Below, piece by piece: positions 10,846 to 20,251 of a stretch of 64,000 bases of DNA. The position numbers and the translations under genes were made by a program. The stretch lies in the IMG/VR virus record IMGVR_UViG_3300042511_000879, positions 172,072 to 236,071 of that record; one strand, 5' to 3'. The notes under the pieces are model-generated. The model saw only the letters and a program-made list of their open reading frames with translations, ran no database searches and was not told the origin of the DNA. Positions within the stretch are counted from its first letter, which is position 1; each line of letters starts with the position of its first letter.

Positions 10846-11484
10846 TCATGGTTTATAAATTACAACTGACACTTGCATGTCCCTTAATTCTGTTTGAATA
10901 ATGTTTTTAATCCTGTTCCAATCTCCACCAGCCAGTCCGGCTCCAATTTTTGGAAGTCCAATACGTTTACCTGCAAAAGTCTTATTGATTTTACGTAGAC
11001 AAAGCGCAAGTGCCTCATAATCAATTGGCTTGGCAACACCATCTTTATGGTTAGCACCATAATTGTACTGTGTGTATGAATTCACAACTATAATATCTTT
11101 AACACCTGGTTGACCTGATGACTTTGAGTTCATTGGAACTGCAACTCCGGGTTCTGTAACCGATGGATGCTTAAACCATAGATATTGGTGTTGATAATCA
11201 ATAGTACCAAGTTTATTAATGTCTCCACGATTTTTGGTTTTTACCAAATGCTCGTAACCCTCGTCGTCATACTCAATATATTGAGTTAGTTCCATTTCAA
11301 ATTCATCGCATCCAAACGCATCTGCCATTTGAGGCGCTATTCCGGCGCCCATAGTACAAAAACAATTACACCCATGGGTGATTACATCAAATGTACCCTG
11401 TTTTGCCAAACGGATTAGGTCACCTTGGATTTCTTGATAGTTTGTTCCCATCGCTGATACTATTTGTTCGTTCAAATATCCCAT
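10846..11484 (-). CDS. Macrodomain (ADP-ribose binding/hydrolase) protein
   Basis: GDL, HGCNCFCTMGAGIA and PKIGAGLAGGDW motifs. Confidence 0.88.
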   Translation of the reverse strand: MGYLNEQIVSAMGTNYQEIQGDLIRLAKQGTFDVITHGCNCFCTMGAGIAPQMADAFGCDEFEMELTQYIEYDDEGYEHLVKTKNRGDINKLGTIDYQHQYLWFKHPSVTEPGVAVPMNSKSSGQPGVKDIIVVNSYTQYNYGANHKDGVAKPIDYEALALCLRKINKTFAGKRIGLPKIGAGLAGGDWNRIKNIIQTELRDMQVSVVIYKP

Positions 11485-11987
11485 TATGCAAATCTAAATT
11501 GTTTAAGGAAATCTCTTAGGAATATGATTTGGTCTGCTTCCTCTTCAGTTTCGGCAAAATTCATCTTCCATTCATAAAATTGTTTTTCAAGACTTCTACC
11601 TCCTAGTTTTTCTTCTATAGCATCTCCTTCATAATCTGGCCAAGCAACTTTATCATATACTCTATCATCAACTAAGAAAACTACGGCAGTTAATTGGTCT
11701 CCCAAATCTGGTTCGTGGAATTCTCCAATACGGATGCATTGGTCATATAATGTAAAATAATGATTGTTAAGAGTTCCTTTGATAAAAGCCGTATTGTTAG
11801 TAGTACCTCCATTTAGAATTATAAAGGTCTTGTCTCTTCGGGCCCATGTCTGGTACTCTGGAGTCTCTGAGAATTCAAGTCCGTATTCAACAACAGCATG
11901 ACCGAACTGGATGCCTTGCTGAATTGGACTAATATTGTAAGGAACTAGTCCGTACATTCTAAATTCTCTATTGTCTCTATTGTTCAT
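11484..11987 (-). CDS. Peptidyl-tRNA hydrolase PTH2-like protein
   Basis: GIQFGHA and FHEPDLGDQLTAV resemble the phage PTH2-like family. Confidence 0.5.
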   Translation of the reverse strand: MNNRDNREFRMYGLVPYNISPIQQGIQFGHAVVEYGLEFSETPEYQTWARRDKTFIILNGGTTNNTAFIKGTLNNHYFTLYDQCIRIGEFHEPDLGDQLTAVVFLVDDRVYDKVAWPDYEGDAIEEKLGGRSLEKQFYEWKMNFAETEEEADQIIFLRDFLKQFRFA

Positions 11988-12172
11988 CAGTTGCTTTCTT
12001 AATTTCTTCAGTTAATATCCTTTCTAGTTCGGTAGTTGCATCAATTCCAAGATGCTGAAAGAATTCTGATTCTACTACTTCTACCGTTTGTAGTTCATAT
12101 TTAGAGCCTAAAATTGGGTCCTGAACTAATACTAATTGCTCTACAAATATTGTTTTTGGTTTTTTTGACATG

Positions 12173-13045
12173 TTATATTACGTTAAATTGTGTTGTGTTT
12201 GTTTTTTGTTCATATTCATTATCTGCAACATTTCTATGAGAATTTGTAGTATAAATGCCTTCGAAGTATTTGTTTAATTCTCCAAATCCGGTGCTAAAAA
12301 TACCATGAGTTACTACTAGATAAACTTTAGCAGTTGGTCTGCTTCCTTTGATTGCTTTTGCAAGTTCAATAAAGGTTCTACCACCATCGCAGATATCATC
12401 AATGATAACATATTTTAAGTCATCGTGTTGATTCAATGTAGGAATCTCAGTTCTTAGAATATTTCCACTTCGCATATCACGGACCTTAGTTGCGGTAATA
12501 ATATTTTCAATTCCAAACTTCTTTGCAACATCATAGATTTTTTTGTAGGCTCCAGCATCTGGACTTACTAAACAAATTCTGTCTTGGGCACCAATCTTAT
12601 TATCAATCTTTGATAGTGCATGTTTTGCAAGTGTGTGATTATCTACCTTCTCGTAGTTATTCAAACATGCTTCTAAAACATCTGAATGAGGGTCTAATGT
12701 AATTACTGTTACAAAGTTTAAGGAATTGATAATTGGGCAAATAACTTGCTTTAAGTAATTAACTCCGCCTTCAACAAATTTACGGTCTGAACGGGCTCCT
12801 ATAAAATAAGGAACATAAAGTGCAATTTCTCTGGTTGGTTTAATATTACGAACGGCTGCAGTTGCGCAAATAATCAGTTCTAAGTCTTTAAAGGTATTTA
12901 AACGTGAATTGATTTTCACAGCGTCTTCGTATCTTAATAAGTCTTTCCAATCCGTAAGGTCTACTGTTTGCTGACCGTCAGGAAATTGACTAATTTTGTA
13001 TTTAATCTGTGATTTTTCTGGGTTAACCAAGTCTAATATTATCAT
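12173..13045 (-). CDS. Ribose-phosphate pyrophosphokinase-like protein (PRPS/Adps)
   Basis: FPDG, PYFIGARSDR, DPHS, SPDAGA, IIDDICDGGRTF and VTHGIFS motifs. Confidence 0.92.
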   Translation of the reverse strand: MIILDLVNPEKSQIKYKISQFPDGQQTVDLTDWKDLLRYEDAVKINSRLNTFKDLELIICATAAVRNIKPTREIALYVPYFIGARSDRKFVEGGVNYLKQVICPIINSLNFVTVITLDPHSDVLEACLNNYEKVDNHTLAKHALSKIDNKIGAQDRICLVSPDAGAYKKIYDVAKKFGIENIITATKVRDMRSGNILRTEIPTLNQHDDLKYVIIDDICDGGRTFIELAKAIKGSRPTAKVYLVVTHGIFSTGFGELNKYFEGIYTTNSHRNVADNEYEQKTNTTQFNVI

Positions 13046-13057
13046 CTGATATGTTGT

Positions 13058-13137
13058 TTTTAATTATATGTAAATATAAACAAAAGTTTTTAATCGGTAA
13101 AACTTTAATCAATTTATTTTTAAAACTTATTAACAAT
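13058..13137 (-). promoter_or_regulatory. Early-promoter cassette copy
   Basis: Same repeat; overlaps the last codons (IVNKF*) of 13120..13488. Confidence 0.7.
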
Positions 13138-14596
13138 TATTCTGGCAGCAACTCGGGTTCCTGTTATAGTTTCATCAATTGACCATTCGAATAGGTCGCT
13201 CTTCATAATTTGGTCGCAAATTTCACGTTTCATTCCATACTTAACAGAATCAAGTGCGAATCCGGGTCTCATTGCCTCTCCAGCTCCATATGTTTTGTCA
13301 TATTGATTCATGTATTTTTCGGATTGGATAACAACTGGTTTGCCATGTCGAATATCATATACGATATTAGTATTTTTAGACTCTTTAATAATCTTACGGC
13401 TAAACATACTATAGATTGCTCCAAGAGGTCCGGTTAACAAAAAGGTTTTTAGGTCAACTTCACGATTTAATAGTTCTTTAATCTTCATTAGCTACGGTAT
13501 CTTAATTCATTTTGACGGTAAACGCTCAACACTGAACCCTGCCCGTGCGTGATTGCGAATTGGTACCCATAAAAATCATAAACCATTGAAGAGAAGTTCT
13601 CGGTTAGACCATCGATTGGGTCTATTTCAACACCTTCTTTTGATGCAATTTCCCACATTAAATTCATAAGGTGTAGGGGTCTTTCAGCGTATGTTGAGTA
13701 GTGTCTTGCATCATATTTCTCCTGCTTCACTAAAATGTCCAACATTAAATAATCAAAGGTAGAATCGTCACAAACACCATACATTTCTAATAACCTCTTG
13801 GCTCTTGCCTGTTCGATAGCGTCCCGTTGGGCAAGTTTATTAAAATAGTCTTCCATCGATTTTTGTCCTTCTGGACTCTTCATATATTCTAATCCTTGCT
13901 TAAGTGTTTCGTTTGCGTTCATATTTTTATATTTTAAATAGGTGACATGCATTAACAGAACGTCTTCTTGTTTCTGTACTAAATGATTCAGTTATCTTTC
14001 CCCAAAGACCTCTACGTTCTTGCACATTGTTCAATGTTACTTTAAGTTCATTTACCCTTTCGACAGTTCCTACAACTATAGTAACATGTCCGCTACTTTG
14101 TTGTGAATATCCGTATCTTTGTCCAATTTCAATTGGATTTCCTAGTGCGTCTGTTGCTTCCATGTTTAAATTTTAAATCGTTTCATTAACTTTAGTTTGT
14201 CAATTTCAGCACCCATTGCTTCTAATGATTTTGTATCATAGATAACCTCATTAGTTTTTGAGTCCATCATTACTCTATCATATTCTCCAGTTTCTTTACT
14301 TCTTGTAACAAAACAATAGATATTTTTTAGGGCATCTTTAAAAATACCATTATCGGTTTGGGCGTAATTGGTGGTTGTTTTATCATGGAACCATTCATGT
14401 GTTCCAGACTCAAAATATAAGCCATCGATTTCTAAGAATTGGTTTCTACTATTCATCATCGTCAGATTTTGAAGACCATTGTGGAGTAAATATTAGTGCC
14501 CATAACGGCAATCCTGAACTTGTAAAATAACATGCACCTCCGATTAAACCAAAGAATGCTATGTATATAAGTGCTATTGAAATGTATTTCATAATT

Positions 14597-15133
14597 TTAT
14601 TTGTTATGGTTCCAATCTATTTTAGGACAATATTTATTATACGATGCTTTAACAAAACTTACAATAATCGAATCTTGTTCTTCTACAATAGGATTCCAAA
14701 TTCGGTAGCCGTGTTCATCATATTTAATGTTTCGGTTTTTCCATAGTTTTGTTAAATAGTTATAAGCAGTAGCAATTCCAATTCCAAAAGAAAGTACCCA
14801 TCCCATTCCTCCGATTACAATTGAATGATAATATAAGGTGTCTTTAACAGGTTCTACAAAGAGTAAACCAACCCATGATACCATACATATTAGAATAAAT
14901 AAAATAAACCACGCAATAAATCCTAGACCTGCACGTTCTCCAGTCGAATGCGTTTGGCTTCTATCTAGTCTCTCCATAATAATTACAGGAAGGGATAGAA
15001 TCGAATATGGTAGGATAAACGTCCACATTAGGACAAGTTTCCAGAAGTATGGACATAAGGATTCTGGCATTCTAGAAGTTCCATAGAACCATCTGTACAA
15101 TTGTGCTGTGTTTGAATTGATGTTTAATTTCAT
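14597..15133 (-). CDS. Multi-pass membrane protein
   Basis: Three hydrophobic segments; SLCPYFW and KYCPKI ends. Confidence 0.6.
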   Translation of the reverse strand: MKLNINSNTAQLYRWFYGTSRMPESLCPYFWKLVLMWTFILPYSILSLPVIIMERLDRSQTHSTGERAGLGFIAWFILFILICMVSWVGLLFVEPVKDTLYYHSIVIGGMGWVLSFGIGIATAYNYLTKLWKNRNIKYDEHGYRIWNPIVEEQDSIIVSFVKASYNKYCPKIDWNHNK

Positions 15134-15794
15134 AGTTTTATTTGTTAATGATTACGTGAAAGTTTTTGTCTGAACTTAGGATTAAGTCATCTACATAAGT
15201 TTGAGCCTCATTATTCGAGTCGAATGTTTTTCCAAAAGATTGTTTGTAACCTAGTCGGATTTCAACATGAGATTTATTGTAAATCCTTTTGTTGGTTTCA
15301 TCAATTCGATATGATGAATAACCTTCAAAATATGATGTTTTAGTTCTATCCCACTGCCATTTTTCATTTCCTGCACAATCTTTGTATTCGTTCCAACCTG
15401 CTGGAATTGCCTTATTAGTACCAATTGGAATTCCTAAGAACATCTTAGGTGTTGCAGGAATCTCTGGATACCATCGGTAAGCCGTTTCTCTTTCTAGTGT
15501 TAAAGTAATTGATTCTACTTTGTCTAATTCAAAATAATGTTTTTGCATCTTAATAGGTATTAGTTATTTGTGTTGTTAGTATATGTGTGTCTCTTTCTTG
15601 CGACCCGATTCCTAATGATATTGATTTTCCATAAGCCATTGCTTTAATCTGATCATCTTTTTCATCAAAGATAAATCTGACAAATCCGGCTCCAGTTGCT
15701 ATTTCGTTGTGTCCAACCATATCTTTATGTTGGATAGCTGCTGAGAATATGATGGCACATCCATCAACAATTACGTATTTTGCGGCGCTTAACA

Positions 15795-16133
15795 TTACTT
15801 TACTTCTATAATGTTAGGGTATGAACTCAAAAAACCGATACGGTAACCCGATGTTTTGAAGGTATACGTAGAATCTTGTCTCAGTTTACCATACTCGTCG
15901 CTTGAATAAAAATTACCGCGGAAAAGGTCATCTTCTAATTTTAATGTACCTTTGTCAGTGTACACTAAATAATAAGAGTCGATTGTTTTTCCGTTCTGTT
16001 CGGTAATTCTCTCCTTACCTTCTACCTTTGCGGTAACTGTGTTTACGTTAGCATATCCAGTGATTCCAAAACCAATGGCCACGATAATAATTGCTACTAC
16101 TAAAATTTGAATTGTTAAAATTGAATTTCTCAT
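15795..16133 (-). CDS. Membrane-anchored phage protein
   Basis: N-terminal TM helix, YLVYTD and GYRIGFLSSYPNII. Confidence 0.55.
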   Translation of the reverse strand: MRNSILTIQILVVAIIIVAIGFGITGYANVNTVTAKVEGKERITEQNGKTIDSYYLVYTDKGTLKLEDDLFRGNFYSSDEYGKLRQDSTYTFKTSGYRIGFLSSYPNIIEVK

Positions 16134-16147
16134 AATGTTTCTTTGTT

Positions 16148-16220
16148 AAAATTAGATATGTAAATATAATCAATTGTTTTGAATCCGGAAAATCCAGAGT
16201 GTTAAAATTTTGTTAAAGTT
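16148..16220 (-). promoter_or_regulatory. Early-promoter cassette copy
   Basis: Same repeat. Confidence 0.8.
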
Positions 16221-17152
16221 TAGTATCTTCTAGAATTGCTATATGCTGTATTTGCCTCTTGTTCGTTTAAATACAATCGGGTAGTTTCCATTAAATTACC
16301 TTCTTTCATAAAACCTAGTGCATTTTCTCTAATGTTGGTTTTACCTTTTTGTATGTAACAAATAGGGTCATATTCACCATATTTCATTTTAGGGTATTGT
16401 TCCTTAATCTCCTTGATTTTCTCATCAGAATATTTTGCCTCATATCTTCTGGCTAATGCCAAATCCAGGACCATTTGAAGATTTTGTGATTCGTCGGTGA
16501 ATTGAGGGTCTACTCTATCTCCTCTATCTTTATCAGATGCTAAATAATTCTCTTTGACAATTTTGTTTTGAATAGGATATGATTTGATGTTATACTTCCC
16601 ATCAGGGTCTTCGTATGCAAAGAAGGCTCTTTCAGGAGTTTCATTAACATAATAGAAAGTTTTGCTATCACTTCTATAACCATAACTTCTAGAATAGCCG
16701 TACGTTGCAATATTAAATGTACCTAAGTACACCATTACATTTCCATGTTTACATATTGCACTAATAACTCTATCACCTGGAGTCAACGCTCTAACACCGT
16801 AGGTTGCAGCCTCCTCTTTCTCCTTCTTGTCATGTATCATCTCCATGTAATCCAATGTATCGGCGCGGACAAGGACCATCGAACCTCCGACCATTACCTC
16901 TTCTACGAATGTGATTGGATTCTTAATAACACCATATTCTAATTGGATAGTGTCTAATGGCAATTGATGGAAATCAACCCAAATATCTTTTGGTAAGTCT
17001 GGGTGACTTAGTTGAAACCCTAATTGGTTCCATTTCATGATTTTTACGTCCGTCATCGGGTCATTTTTGAAAGGCACTGTAGTTTTGTCCTTTGTTTTAC
17101 GAACTCTCTGTCCGATATGCACGTCTTTTAGTATTCTGTAGTTACAATTCAT
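16220..17152 (-). CDS. Hypothetical protein (310 aa)
   Basis: Long ORF on the coding strand; no recognised motif. Confidence 0.6.
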   Translation of the reverse strand: MNCNYRILKDVHIGQRVRKTKDKTTVPFKNDPMTDVKIMKWNQLGFQLSHPDLPKDIWVDFHQLPLDTIQLEYGVIKNPITFVEEVMVGGSMVLVRADTLDYMEMIHDKKEKEEAATYGVRALTPGDRVISAICKHGNVMVYLGTFNIATYGYSRSYGYRSDSKTFYYVNETPERAFFAYEDPDGKYNIKSYPIQNKIVKENYLASDKDRGDRVDPQFTDESQNLQMVLDLALARRYEAKYSDEKIKEIKEQYPKMKYGEYDPICYIQKGKTNIRENALGFMKEGNLMETTRLYLNEQEANTAYSNSRRY

Positions 17153-17326
17153 ATTTTTTAGTCTAATTGGTTTTCGATTATGTCAAACGTTTTTCCAGAG
17201 CAGTAGCTTGTAGCATAGTGGTAAGCTTCATCATAATCAGTAAAGCTCTTAACATCATTGAAGAATACTCCGTCATCTGGATTAGAAAAGTACGGTAAAA
17301 CTGTGTAGATTGTCATAATTGTTTGT

Positions 17327-17408
17327 TTTAATTATAATGTAAATATAAACAAAAAACCTGACATGGTAAAATGTCAGGTTAATTATTTTTAAAAAGTTAT
17401 TAACAATT
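17327..17408 (-). promoter_or_regulatory. Early-promoter cassette with ACCTGACA hairpin
   Basis: ACCTGACA-TTTTACCA-TGTCAGGT-TTTTTG; nearly identical to the copy at 38355-38436. Confidence 0.8.
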
Positions 17409-18253
17409 TATTTTAAGCCATACATAGTATTAGCTCCACTTGCCAATTGAGTTGTAGGAAGTGCTCCATCCCATCTCTCTATCCATTGTTGCTGTAATAA
17501 CATCGGAGTCAAGGTCGATTGTCTTAATTTATTAGACTCTGCTTCTGCTCTTGCGTTTGTTAACAGGGCTTCAGCGTCTCCTTGTGCTTTTGCTACTTTA
17601 ATTTTAGCTTGAGCTGTCGCAGTTTGTACTTGATTCTCTGCGGTTAGGGCTGCCTGAACTGCGTTGTTCTTAGCATTAATGGCATTCTTAAATGATGTAG
17701 GATATTCTAAGTTAGATGTAAATTGATTAACTATAAATCCTTCTTTAACAATCTGCGCTTCTAATAACCTTCTTACTTCAACTTCGAAAAGGGCTCTATT
17801 TGATATTAATTGTTCTGCTGAATATTTATTAGTTGCAAGTCGGAATGCGTCATATATTGCCGTCTTTAAGAAACCTTCCTCCAATTCTGGTAAGGTTCTA
17901 CGATATTTGGCAAATATTGAAGGTGCTTTGTCGGCTGCTACTGAATAGTTTAAGATAGGTGCAACTCGGAACTCCGAACCATCTTTTGTATTTACAGTAA
18001 ATGAATTGTCTCCTTCCTCTGAGTTCTTATATTCTTTATGTTGAATAAATGTTGGAAACTCATAAATCTTTGTTGTAACAGGATTAAAAAATACCCATCC
18101 TGTGCATGCTGTTACATTATTGACCCCTTTACCTGAGCCATACATGTTAACCTTTACTCCTACATGTCCTGCATCAATTACTTCGCATGAACTAAACATT
18201 GCGAAAATACCTACTACTACTGCTAAAATAATTCCAATCGATTTTAATCTCAT
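17408..18253 (-). CDS. SPFH/Band 7 (prohibitin-like) membrane protein
   Basis: IDAGHVGVKV, Ala/Glu-rich coiled coil and QQWIERWDGALP. Confidence 0.88.
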   Translation of the reverse strand: MRLKSIGIILAVVVGIFAMFSSCEVIDAGHVGVKVNMYGSGKGVNNVTACTGWVFFNPVTTKIYEFPTFIQHKEYKNSEEGDNSFTVNTKDGSEFRVAPILNYSVAADKAPSIFAKYRRTLPELEEGFLKTAIYDAFRLATNKYSAEQLISNRALFEVEVRRLLEAQIVKEGFIVNQFTSNLEYPTSFKNAINAKNNAVQAALTAENQVQTATAQAKIKVAKAQGDAEALLTNARAEAESNKLRQSTLTPMLLQQQWIERWDGALPTTQLASGANTMYGLK

Positions 18254-18565
18254 TTTTTTTGTTTTAAATTAATTATTTGGTTTTTGTTTATTACTTACTT
18301 TTTTTGCTCCACATTTACATGTAGTGCATTCAGAGTCTTTTTTGTTCTTTAACTTTATTAAATAGTCAGCTATAACATATACGGCACTTCCCCATATAAA
18401 AATTACAATTGCTAGATAAAAAAGTCCCAGAAAGAAGAGACCATCGTCCGGTGCACTTAATAGTTCAAATGCAATTTGTTGGAGTTGAAATACTCCGGCG
18501 ATTCCGATAAAGATACCAAGAATCATCAAGAAAAATTTAGAAAATGTATTCATAGTTGTTTAAAA

Positions 18566-19231
18566 TTAAGAAGTTGCCGCGTCATTATGGTGGTCAAATT
18601 CATGGGTTAATAAAGATTTTATAGGTCTATTGCCAATTAGTTTCAAAACTTGTTGAATTGTGTATGGCTGAAAATCAGGACTTCCATCGATTCCAACATC
18701 CATCATTCGGCCAGGTCCAACTTTAAACTGGTGAGGTGTGTGAATATGTCCGTGGATGTGCATAACTCCCTGTCCCATATCTTGCCAACTAGCCATAGGG
18801 TAGTGACTCATTACGAATCGGTGTTTTGCACTTGGTCCGTTTTTAACCAATGGAGGCATAACGATTGTAACCATTCTTTGCTCATTTACTGAGGCGAAAA
18901 GGTCTTGAACATCTCCACGGTTTGTAAGGATATGATGGTCGTGATTTCCTAAGAAAAGGTGGATATTTTTACAGTTTAATTTGTTTCTAAATTCTACAAT
19001 AGAATCAAAACCACCAAAGCTCCAATCACCCAAGTGAATCAGGATGTCGTTTTCCATAACCAACATGTTTATATTGTCCTGCAAGTCGATGTTCATCTGG
19101 TCCAATGTCTTGTAATCCCTAGTACCTCGGGCACCATCCCATTTACTAACTCCTCTACAAATATTTGTATGGTTGTAGTGAGTGTCTGAAGTAAAAAAGA
19201 CTCTTTGTCCTGGGTTAACTACTATTTTCAT
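18566..19231 (-). CDS. Calcineurin-like metallophosphoesterase
   Basis: SDTH, LGD, GNHD, SHYP and HGHIH motifs. Confidence 0.88.
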   Translation of the reverse strand: MKIVVNPGQRVFFTSDTHYNHTNICRGVSKWDGARGTRDYKTLDQMNIDLQDNINMLVMENDILIHLGDWSFGGFDSIVEFRNKLNCKNIHLFLGNHDHHILTNRGDVQDLFASVNEQRMVTIVMPPLVKNGPSAKHRFVMSHYPMASWQDMGQGVMHIHGHIHTPHQFKVGPGRMMDVGIDGSPDFQPYTIQQVLKLIGNRPIKSLLTHEFDHHNDAATS

Positions 19232-19242
19232 AATGTGTTTGT

Positions 19243-19323
19243 TTTAATTTGATATGTAAATATAATCAATAGTTTTGAATCGGTAAAACTTTAAGTGTTA
19301 AAATTTTGTTAAAGTTATTAACA
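19243..19323 (-). promoter_or_regulatory. Early-promoter cassette copy
   Basis: Same repeat. Confidence 0.8.
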
Positions 19324-19350
19324 AAAAAAGAGGAGCAATATTGCTCCTCT
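19323..19350 (-). terminator. Intrinsic terminator
   Basis: AGAGGAGCAA/TTGCTCCTCT inverted repeat followed by a T-tract, after 19374..19790. Confidence 0.8.
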
Positions 19351-19373
19351 CCTGTATTAAATGTATCTTTTAA

Positions 19374-19790
19374 TTAGTCTTTAGAACCGTAAAAATATGT
19401 TACTGTTGCTGGGCTAACCGGGTCATTATTTTTAATATCGATTTTGAAACCTGCAATGTCTGCTGCATAAATTGGTAGGAATGTTGCATTTCCAGATAGC
19501 AATCTTGCGAAATGTATGGTAACTGTAGGTGCGCTTTTATGTGTTAAATAAATATCAATTCCGAAGTTTGAATTAGTACTTGCAGATTGACAATATAGAT
19601 AAATAATTCCAAAATTTCCAGATTGTTCGTTAGTTTCTAATAATACTTCTGTAGCAGATGGCTGAATTTGATTAGTAATTAATGATGTTGAATCGCCATT
19701 AATAGTCTCAGTATCTGTTGATTTTATTGACAATGGATTTGGGAAAAGAGTACTTGAATCCAGTGTTATTGTTGTTTTTAATGATGCCAT
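19374..19790 (-). CDS. Small beta-rich protein resembling the N-terminal domain of 20252..22579
   Basis: MASLKTTITLDS..YLYCQSASTN..TYFYGSK versus MSIFKTTLSVES..FLYVKSTATN..EYFTGSR. Confidence 0.55.
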   Translation of the reverse strand: MASLKTTITLDSSTLFPNPLSIKSTDTETINGDSTSLITNQIQPSATEVLLETNEQSGNFGIIYLYCQSASTNSNFGIDIYLTHKSAPTVTIHFARLLSGNATFLPIYAADIAGFKIDIKNNDPVSPATVTYFYGSKD

Positions 19791-19810
19791 CTCTTTATAT
19801 TATTTTTTAT

Positions 19811-20215
19811 TTATGCAGGGTTTTCTGGAGTTTCTTCTACTACTGGAGTTTCTTCTACTACTGGAGTTTCTTCAACTACTGGAGCAACAGGAACTTCTGC
19901 TTTTGTTTTAAGTGGAAGAGTTGCTTCAAATTTTACTCCGTAAGAGGTTACTGCCTCGGTTCCAACTAAATCTTTTCCGTGCGCTGTAAGTTTAACATCA
20001 ACTACCCCTTCTGGAAGATTTAATTTGGCTTTCACTGATGTGATAATTTCATCTGCAGTGTATGTTTCAATATTAGCCTCTGTTGATAAACTAAAAGCTC
20101 TTTTTTTAACGGGTTCTTTTTTATATTCAGAAAGAAGTTGTACTCCTTTTGAATCTTTCTTTTTATAATTTACATCTACTGTTTCGTAGATGTTTGCGTT
20201 AACTGTATAGTTCAT
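19811..20215 (-). CDS. Hypothetical protein with (PVVEET)x3 C-terminal repeat
   Basis: 18-bp tandem repeat at about 19827-19882. Confidence 0.65.
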   Translation of the reverse strand: MNYTVNANIYETVDVNYKKKDSKGVQLLSEYKKEPVKKRAFSLSTEANIETYTADEIITSVKAKLNLPEGVVDVKLTAHGKDLVGTEAVTSYGVKFEATLPLKTKAEVPVAPVVEETPVVEETPVVEETPENPA

Positions 20216-20251
20216 ATTTATATGTTTTTGTTTTATATTAAATTTTAAAGA

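Noticed and set aside
19827-19882. 18-bp tandem repeat as a regulatory or CRISPR-like element
   Set aside because: It is an in-frame coding repeat (PVVEET)x3, a low-complexity linker.
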